Shown: positions 57,967-64,000 of the stretch, piece by piece
Layout of the letters: every line of letters starts with the position of its first letter
Position numbering within the stretch: the first letter of the stretch is position 1
DNA from: a virus
Strand: one strand, 5' to 3'
DNA length: 64,000 bases
Virus record (IMG/VR): IMGVR_UViG_3300046096_000411
Coordinates: 29,363 to 93,362 of that record
Made by a program: the position numbers and the translations under genes
The notes under the pieces: generated by a model
Database searches by the model: none
The model's input: the letters and a program-made list of their open reading frames with translations, nothing else
Told to the model about the DNA's origin: nothing

Positions 57967-60900
57967 TTACAGTGCAAACACCCGCAGGTCGCGCACAACA
58001 GGACGGAAGGCCGTGCCACCAGACAGCACCAGCTTGATCTGTACTGCCGTCTCGTTGATGCCGGTGGCAGAGTGCACAAACTCAACAAAGCCATCGTCCA
58101 CGTTGCGGGTCGTGGGTGCGGTGATCTCCGCCCAGACGTCGCCGCCGTCGATGCCCTTCCAGTAGGCCTGCACAGTGGCGCCGCTTGGGATGATGGCTTC
58201 GTAAATGATCTTCACGGCCACGCTGGCGCCACCAGGGATGGCGCGAGTCACGTAGTCGCCGGTGGCAGCGATACTGCCAGCAACAAGCTGCGTGCCGGGG
58301 TACAGGACAGCCGACCAATCCGCAGAGCCGTTGATCTTTGCAGACACGGCCACGGAACCAGTGATCGCGGCAGGCAGTCGGATTGACTGACCATCCGACA
58401 CCGTCACAGTGGACGCATCGGGGAGCGTTAACAGGTACTCCACACCAGTCGCGCTGGCGGGTGTCTCTGCGTAAGACATGAGCATCAGGTCGGTCGCGGC
58501 CGTGACGTTTGCCGATCCCAGAGCCACGGTGCGGGTGGTCTGGGTAAAGGCCGCCGACAACAGGCGGAACGCCAGGTCACGGTCTTGGTGCGGGGTCCAC
58601 GTACTAGCATTGCTTGAAGACAGCAGCACACCCACGGTGTAGGGCTGGCTGGTGATCCAGCGCTGAGCGTTGCTGTCAAACTTGCCCAGCTCGGCCACAG
58701 ACAAGGCGCCAACGCTGTCGTCACACAGCACAACAAGCGCGTACTCGACGCCGCCAAGCAGAGTGACAGGCGAAGGGAGCGCCACACGAGTGTGGCTGCC
58801 GCCAATTACGATGGAACCGCTGGGGATTACCACGTTGGCAATGATTGTCTGGTTAGGCAGGCCGGTATCCGTAGCCCGGATTTGAAGCCGAACCGGTGTG
58901 GTTGGCGCGGCCGTGAACCAGAGGTCAACCGCCGTCGCCTGAACCCCAGAAACCAGCGTGAAGGTCTGCGCCAGCGGGTCGCTTCCGCCGCCATCACCGC
59001 CGCCGAAATCAAAAGCCGTAGGAACGGCTGGAGGTGGTGGGGGTGACTGCCAGCGGCGCTCGTTGAGCGTTGTCTGGCTTTGCCAGGTTTGACGCTCCAG
59101 CGTGCCCTGTCCAGAATAAACCGCGCCTCCAGAGCTTCCGCCGGCTCCCGTAAAGACAACCCGCTTGCTGCCGGAGGGCACGCCACTGGGCACGGTAAAC
59201 GTGCCGGTGACCACACCGCTGCCGTTGGCAACAGCGCCGCCGGTGGCCAGGCTCAAGCCGTCGAACGTCAGCGCCTGGAGCGCCTCGCCGCTACCGAAGC
59301 CGGTGACGCTGTACGACACCGTAGTCTGGCGCAGCGTCTCGATTGCGCTCAGCGACGTGTTGATCAGCGCGGTGCGCGTGCTGGATGACGTGTCGGACTG
59401 GTCGCCCCACCCGAAAGTGAATCGCTGAGTAAGCGGACCCGCCCAGTCGGACTCCACCACCGTCCAGCGATCCACTGACGGCGTCAGCGTGACCTGTGCG
59501 GGCACCGGGGCAAAGGATAGGTACGGGTTGATCTGCATGGAGGTAGTCCGCAGGGACTGCTCCAAGGTGATCACGTTGTTGTACGTCAGCGTCGCGGGTG
59601 TCGCCACATCGGCGGACATCTGCAGCACCACGCCAGTGATGGGCAGCATGAGCAAGCCGCTGACGATGGCGGCCGACTGGACCGTCCCGGCGTCGCGCTG
59701 GCTGTCATCAAGGAACGGGTCAACAAACAACCCCTTCTTGGTGCCTCCCTCACGGGTGTGAATACTCGACTCCAGACGCTGCTGGGCGATCAGCTGCGCC
59801 AGCAGGTCCATGCGGCCGTCAATCGCGGCCAGCGTTGGCATGGGCACCACGCGCACGCCGTCATTGATGACGCGCCGCGCAGAGGTCCAAGTCTGGTAGA
59901 CCGTGGCAAGCGACAGCAGGTCACCTGGCACAGTGGGGAATTGGGGGTTGGTGTCTGACGACACGCCGTGCAGCCACACAATCGCGCCGGACTGGTCCAA
60001 GCACAGCTTGTCGTAGCGCGGCAGCATCTGGCTGTAGGTCAACAGGATCAGGGTGCCGGTGACGGCGCCCGTGACCGTAAGGCCAGTCTCATCCACCAAG
60101 GTGGGTGTCACCAGCGTGATATAACGGTACGTGACAGAGTACGTGCTGCCGGGAGCTGGCTCGGCGCCAGCCGGCGTCCAGTCAACCTTGCCAGCGGTAA
60201 GCACGTAGTCGGTGGTGGCCGTGTAAATGGTGGCGCCCTGAGACACCTCCATGATCTGGAGTACCGACGTGTCGGGGAGCTGGTCCTGAGCACCAGTGAA
60301 CACGCCGTGCGTGAGTGTCACCGTCTTCTCGGCGGTGATGGACACAGCGGTAACAGCCGTGCCAGGCGAGCGGTCGAAGTTGACGCGCTGCGCAGCGGGG
60401 CCCGTGGACAGGTGCGGCTCGTTGGTGATCAGCTTGAGGTCTGGGTCGGATGCCAGAGTCAGGCGTCGCCCGGTTTGGTTTTCTACACTGAAGCCAAACA
60501 CGCGCGCTCGGCCCTCAGACAGCGAGTACACCTGGTTGCCGCCAACATCTGCCAAGGCCTTCAGGTTGAAGCCGGACACCACGTAGCTACCGCCCGCGCT
60601 GTCGCGGTCGTAGCGGGCCAGTGCCTGGTTCACGCCGTCGAGATTGGGTGGCGGCTCTTTGGACTGAGCGAAGCCGTTGGAAACCTCGTAGACGGGGTAA
60701 AACTCCCCCGTGGTCACGCCGTCGCCAGACCAGCCCCACGCAGCATCCACGCGCAGGCGCTCGGCGCCAGGCGAGTTGTAGTTGCGAGTCCCGGTCGCGG
60801 GGTCGCGCAGGTCGGGGTCTTGAAGCGATGTGACCACGCTCTCGGTGAGGCGGACACCAATCGCAATCGTGCCCGTGGTGGGCACGGTGAAAGTGGCAGG

Positions 60901-61176
60901 CGGAACGCCGCGCACTGAACCGCGGATGTAGACGGCACCAGAGGCGCACTGCACGGCACCAGTGATCTCATTCACCACAACGACGGCATCACGGATGATG
61001 TCGCCGTCCTTGAAGATGGCATCGGCCAGCCCCTTGGTGCGGTAAGCAGCAGTCTTCTGCACCTCATTCAACTCGGCGGACTGAAGCGCCCGGCCAGCAA
61101 TGAACAGGTGCTCATCGTAATTGTCCACCGGATCAAACCGGCTGTAATACTGGCTCGGCATCGTGGCCATAGTCAT
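57967..61176 (-). CDS. DUF4815-type baseplate/tail protein
   Basis: YYSRFD, LQSAELNEVQ, ALARYDRDS, KKGLFVDPF, DPLAQTF. Confidence 0.8.
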   Translation of the reverse strand: MTMATMPSQYYSRFDPVDNYDEHLFIAGRALQSAELNEVQKTAAYRTKGLADAIFKDGDIIRDAVVVVNEITGAVQCASGAVYIRGSVRGVPPATFTVPTTGTIAIGVRLTESVVTSLQDPDLRDPATGTRNYNSPGAERLRVDAAWGWSGDGVTTGEFYPVYEVSNGFAQSKEPPPNLDGVNQALARYDRDSAGGSYVVSGFNLKALADVGGNQVYSLSEGRARVFGFSVENQTGRRLTLASDPDLKLITNEPHLSTGPAAQRVNFDRSPGTAVTAVSITAEKTVTLTHGVFTGAQDQLPDTSVLQIMEVSQGATIYTATTDYVLTAGKVDWTPAGAEPAPGSTYSVTYRYITLVTPTLVDETGLTVTGAVTGTLILLTYSQMLPRYDKLCLDQSGAIVWLHGVSSDTNPQFPTVPGDLLSLATVYQTWTSARRVINDGVRVVPMPTLAAIDGRMDLLAQLIAQQRLESSIHTREGGTKKGLFVDPFLDDSQRDAGTVQSAAIVSGLLMLPITGVVLQMSADVATPATLTYNNVITLEQSLRTTSMQINPYLSFAPVPAQVTLTPSVDRWTVVESDWAGPLTQRFTFGWGDQSDTSSSTRTALINTSLSAIETLRQTTVSYSVTGFGSGEALQALTFDGLSLATGGAVANGSGVVTGTFTVPSGVPSGSKRVVFTGAGGSSGGAVYSGQGTLERQTWQSQTTLNERRWQSPPPPPAVPTAFDFGGGDGGGSDPLAQTFTLVSGVQATAVDLWFTAAPTTPVRLQIRATDTGLPNQTIIANVVIPSGSIVIGGSHTRVALPSPVTLLGGVEYALVVLCDDSVGALSVAELGKFDSNAQRWITSQPYTVGVLLSSSNASTWTPHQDRDLAFRLLSAAFTQTTRTVALGSANVTAATDLMLMSYAETPASATGVEYLLTLPDASTVTVSDGQSIRLPAAITGSVAVSAKINGSADWSAVLYPGTQLVAGSIAATGDYVTRAIPGGASVAVKIIYEAIIPSGATVQAYWKGIDGGDVWAEITAPTTRNVDDGFVEFVHSATGINETAVQIKLVLSGGTAFRPVVRDLRVFAL

Positions 61177-61178
61177 CC

Positions 61179-61661
61179 TCAGAAAGTGATTACAACTTCA
61201 AAGCTCTCGCGGATGGCCGGTGAGCGGTAGATTGGCCCGATGTTTTCCAGGGACAGCATGCGGCCCGGGTTGGTCACCTGAGCGGGGGCGAAATACTCCT
61301 GCCCCGGCGGCAGTCCGCCAACAGTGACGGTACCCACGAACACCGCGATCTCGCGGATGACGTCGGAGATGCCATCCTCAAAATCGAAGGCCGTGCGGAT
61401 GTAAATGTGGTTTGTCGGAGTCACCGACCGGCTGAACACGGCGTCGTTTGGCAGCACGATGTTGCCACCGGCGTCGGGCACCACGAACGCCACCTCGGTG
61501 GCAACCCGTCGACCGATCTCAGTCAGCAGGGCTGTGGCAGTCAGGGACTCTGCGGGCGGCGTAACCCATGATCCGTCGCCGCTACCCCAAGCGAGATGGA
61601 TGGGGCGCAAAGCGATGGACTCGGCAATTGATACGCGGCCAGCGTCAACAAGGATAGACAT
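61179..61661 (-). CDS. Baseplate wedge-type protein
   Basis: HLAWGSG, EIGRR, IREIAVF. Confidence 0.7.
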   Translation of the reverse strand: MSILVDAGRVSIAESIALRPIHLAWGSGDGSWVTPPAESLTATALLTEIGRRVATEVAFVVPDAGGNIVLPNDAVFSRSVTPTNHIYIRTAFDFEDGISDVIREIAVFVGTVTVGGLPPGQEYFAPAQVTNPGRMLSLENIGPIYRSPAIRESFEVVITF

Positions 61662-61755
61662 CGGTGCTCCAAATTTCTTGAAGTCATTGTTGCGTCACGA
61701 CACGCAGCCGTTCACGCGGGCCTGGCCGTGGTCACTTCGCGCGTCGGTGAGGCTT

Positions 61756-62172
61756 CTAACTACGGCTCAAAACTTTGAGTGCTTCCTCGGGCGTAATTTT
61801 CAGATCGTAGTATTCAGCAATGAACTGAGCAAAAAAGGGCTTCCGGTCGTCAGGATAGAATCGCGCCTGCTCTTTATACGCTGAGACTTCGCACCATAAA
61901 CGATAGCTAGATATGAATTTGTACAGTACAGCGTGAAACGTCAATGGGATAACGGCCAAACTTACTAGGTCTATACGTCCAAAGTGATTTAGCATGTACG
62001 CAACTGGAATAGCCAGCAAAGACATGGCCGCCCATTGCTTGACGTGAACCAATTCATGACGGTAGATTCCTTCGTCGTTACGGTACTTTACTGCAATGCG
62101 TATGATTGGCCCACGTGCCTCTCCGCCTACGTGAGGCGGGAGGGCTTTGACGAAAAATGTGAAAGGGTACAT
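61756..62172 (-). CDS. HExxH-containing membrane protein
   Basis: HELVHVKQW, RLWCEVSAY. Confidence 0.6.
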   Translation of the reverse strand: MYPFTFFVKALPPHVGGEARGPIIRIAVKYRNDEGIYRHELVHVKQWAAMSLLAIPVAYMLNHFGRIDLVSLAVIPLTFHAVLYKFISSYRLWCEVSAYKEQARFYPDDRKPFFAQFIAEYYDLKITPEEALKVLSRS

Positions 62173-62192
62173 GAGGTATTGGTGTAGTTGGA

Positions 62193-63971
62193 TTAAGACT
62201 TTGCGCGGTAGATGAACATAAAAGCAAAAATGCCATCGCTACAGTCGGCGTTTGTAGCCGCAGAAGCAGCGGAAGTCAAAAATGGTGCATTCGTCGTGTT
62301 TTGCTCTGGGTACAACTGAGTCACTGTTGATTTAGTCGTAACCGTCACAATGCCAGTCGCTCTATTCTGACCGGAGTTTTCAATAGTGAATGGCAGGCCA
62401 CCTATCTTTGCACTGGATGCGTTTGCCGTTGTAGGGTAGGTCGCAGTCCCATACGCGACCACCATCTCGCCAACCCTAAACCAATCACCGGAAGTGCCTG
62501 TGAACGACAGACCCGCCCCGCTACCATCAATAGGAGTCCACACGCCGTTTGCAACTGCGGGCGACTTCTGCCCAAGCGCACCAGCCGATGTAAGCAGGTT
62601 GCCCATTGCAGCCAGACGGCTGAACGTGCGAAGGCCTGTGCTGGCGAACCCGTTGTCTCTGTCAATTACCTCAAGCAGTGCGCCCGTGTACGCCTGCGCG
62701 GGGGAATCCAATAGACCCGCCAATGTTGCCGCCGTCGATCCAATCTCAATACCTTCTAGGCGACAGGGGCCGATACGACTTGCTCCGGTAGGAGCCTTCA
62801 CCACATAGTCCAGATTGCCATAGTGCCGAACATTGTTTGCCAATACGTACATTCCAGTCTGAGCTGAGTTCGCTGATTGGAAATTTGAGCTGTTGAAGTC
62901 AAACAGCGCCGTGCAGTCAGCGTCTAACAACACATCATCAAGGATTAACCCTTTCCAAGAACCACGAGTCAGTCCACCAATTCCGCCGTATGCAGTGGAT
63001 CCGTAAGTGCCTCGGTCGTTGACCACTTGAACATTCCTAGCGGTCAGCTTATACCCGCGATCGGCTACAAATATTGCACCCTCCGTTGAAGTCGCGGTCG
63101 GGTACGTCAATTTCCCGCAGTTACGGCAATGCAGACCATCAACAAACACCTCGATGATGTCATAGTTGTCTGGGGCAGTTAGTGTGTTGGTGTCATTTAC
63201 ATAGACGGGAATGTCCACGTTTTTCATAGACACATTGGATATGCTGATGTGGACCGTTTGTCCGACGTTGCCGGGGTAGTGAGCGCCAATGTCGATTCCG
63301 ACAGAGCAGTTTTCAGCATTAAAACCAAGCACCTGCACATTCAATGCGTTTGCCCCTTCAAACTGTAGAGCCTTGCCACCGAACCACGGCTGAATAACAT
63401 CGTGCTTGCAGTTCTTGACCGTCAGGTTTATGAGCTTTGCCCCAATGATGTGACCAAAACCGATTCCGTTTTCACCGGGGAAGTTGTTGCAGTCAATCGT
63501 AAGATTGTGGACTTCAATGGGCTTTGTCTGTGTAGGGTAGGGGCCTGAAACTGCGCCGCCGCTTGCGGTATTAGCCAACAGTTTCAAAGACGCTCCCGGC
63601 GCAAAGAATGCATTGCCACCATCCGCAAACATGAAGCGATCTGAGATTCCATAAACACCGTCAGGAAAAAACAAAGTCTTACCGAGCGCTGCAGCAGCGT
63701 CCCTTGCTGTTTCCAGCTTTACCAAGTCATCAGCAACACCATCACCAACGGCACCAAAGTCCTTAACGCTCACACTCTCCCGCAGCTTCCCCTGCACCGT
63801 AGTAGCAACCGCACCAGTGCCAGCGGGCAAATACCCCTGGTACGTCTTCAACACCCAATCAGCCAACGCCGACAGCGGCGAGCGCCGCGTCACCACGTTT
63901 TGCACCAGGGGGAGCACCTCCGCGCCAGTGAGGGGGAGCGCGGGGTCGAGGTCGGTGATTTTCTTGGTCAT
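62193..63971 (-). CDS. Tailspike/depolymerase (pectate-lyase-like beta-helix)
   Basis: KLRESVSVKDFGAVGDGVADD, FFPDGVY. Confidence 0.8.
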   Translation of the reverse strand: MTKKITDLDPALPLTGAEVLPLVQNVVTRRSPLSALADWVLKTYQGYLPAGTGAVATTVQGKLRESVSVKDFGAVGDGVADDLVKLETARDAAAALGKTLFFPDGVYGISDRFMFADGGNAFFAPGASLKLLANTASGGAVSGPYPTQTKPIEVHNLTIDCNNFPGENGIGFGHIIGAKLINLTVKNCKHDVIQPWFGGKALQFEGANALNVQVLGFNAENCSVGIDIGAHYPGNVGQTVHISISNVSMKNVDIPVYVNDTNTLTAPDNYDIIEVFVDGLHCRNCGKLTYPTATSTEGAIFVADRGYKLTARNVQVVNDRGTYGSTAYGGIGGLTRGSWKGLILDDVLLDADCTALFDFNSSNFQSANSAQTGMYVLANNVRHYGNLDYVVKAPTGASRIGPCRLEGIEIGSTAATLAGLLDSPAQAYTGALLEVIDRDNGFASTGLRTFSRLAAMGNLLTSAGALGQKSPAVANGVWTPIDGSGAGLSFTGTSGDWFRVGEMVVAYGTATYPTTANASSAKIGGLPFTIENSGQNRATGIVTVTTKSTVTQLYPEQNTTNAPFLTSAASAATNADCSDGIFAFMFIYRAKS

Positions 63972-64000
63972 GGTTTTAGTGTTGCGTCACGACGATGCGG

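Noticed and set aside
54484-64000. Prophage boundary next to the integrase
   Set aside because: Phage lysis and tail genes continue; no host DNA is visible

Overview
The whole window is part of a large temperate tailed phage, probably a myovirus of a GC-rich betaproteobacterial host. Phage genes flank the integrase on both sides, so this looks like the unintegrated (attP) form. Layout: 1-12 kb, minus-strand virion/fibre genes and portal. 12-13 kb, an inverted dUTPase moron. 13-28 kb, a terminase large subunit with two ATPase modules, then a cassette of probable head-packaged effectors (Nudix; a 1436-aa WGR + kinase-fold + ADP-ribosyltransferase protein; a gp49/gp66-family protein), homing endonucleases, a ParB-methyltransferase and a TerS candidate. 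28-38.7 kb, small accessory ORFs diverging from an iteron-rich putative origin. 38.8-52.7 kb, replication and recombination genes. 52.7-54.5 kb, a tRNA-Lys(CUU) split by a group I intron, the attP region and the integrase. 54.7-64 kb, lysis and tail genes. The best candidate for a new system is a complete phage tRNA-Lys(CUU) whose anticodon is interrupted by an Azoarcus-type group I intron, next to a separate bare 8-bp copy of that anticodon loop bracketed by arm-like repeats in front of int. This suggests integration that breaks the host tRNA, rescued by an intron-masked replacement. Also found: a GTCGTGA late-promoter motif with apparently leaderless mRNAs, a GCAA-N5-TTGC operator, and a pseudoknot/leader-peptide switch upstream of the primase. 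All family calls are motif recognition by eye; no searches were run.
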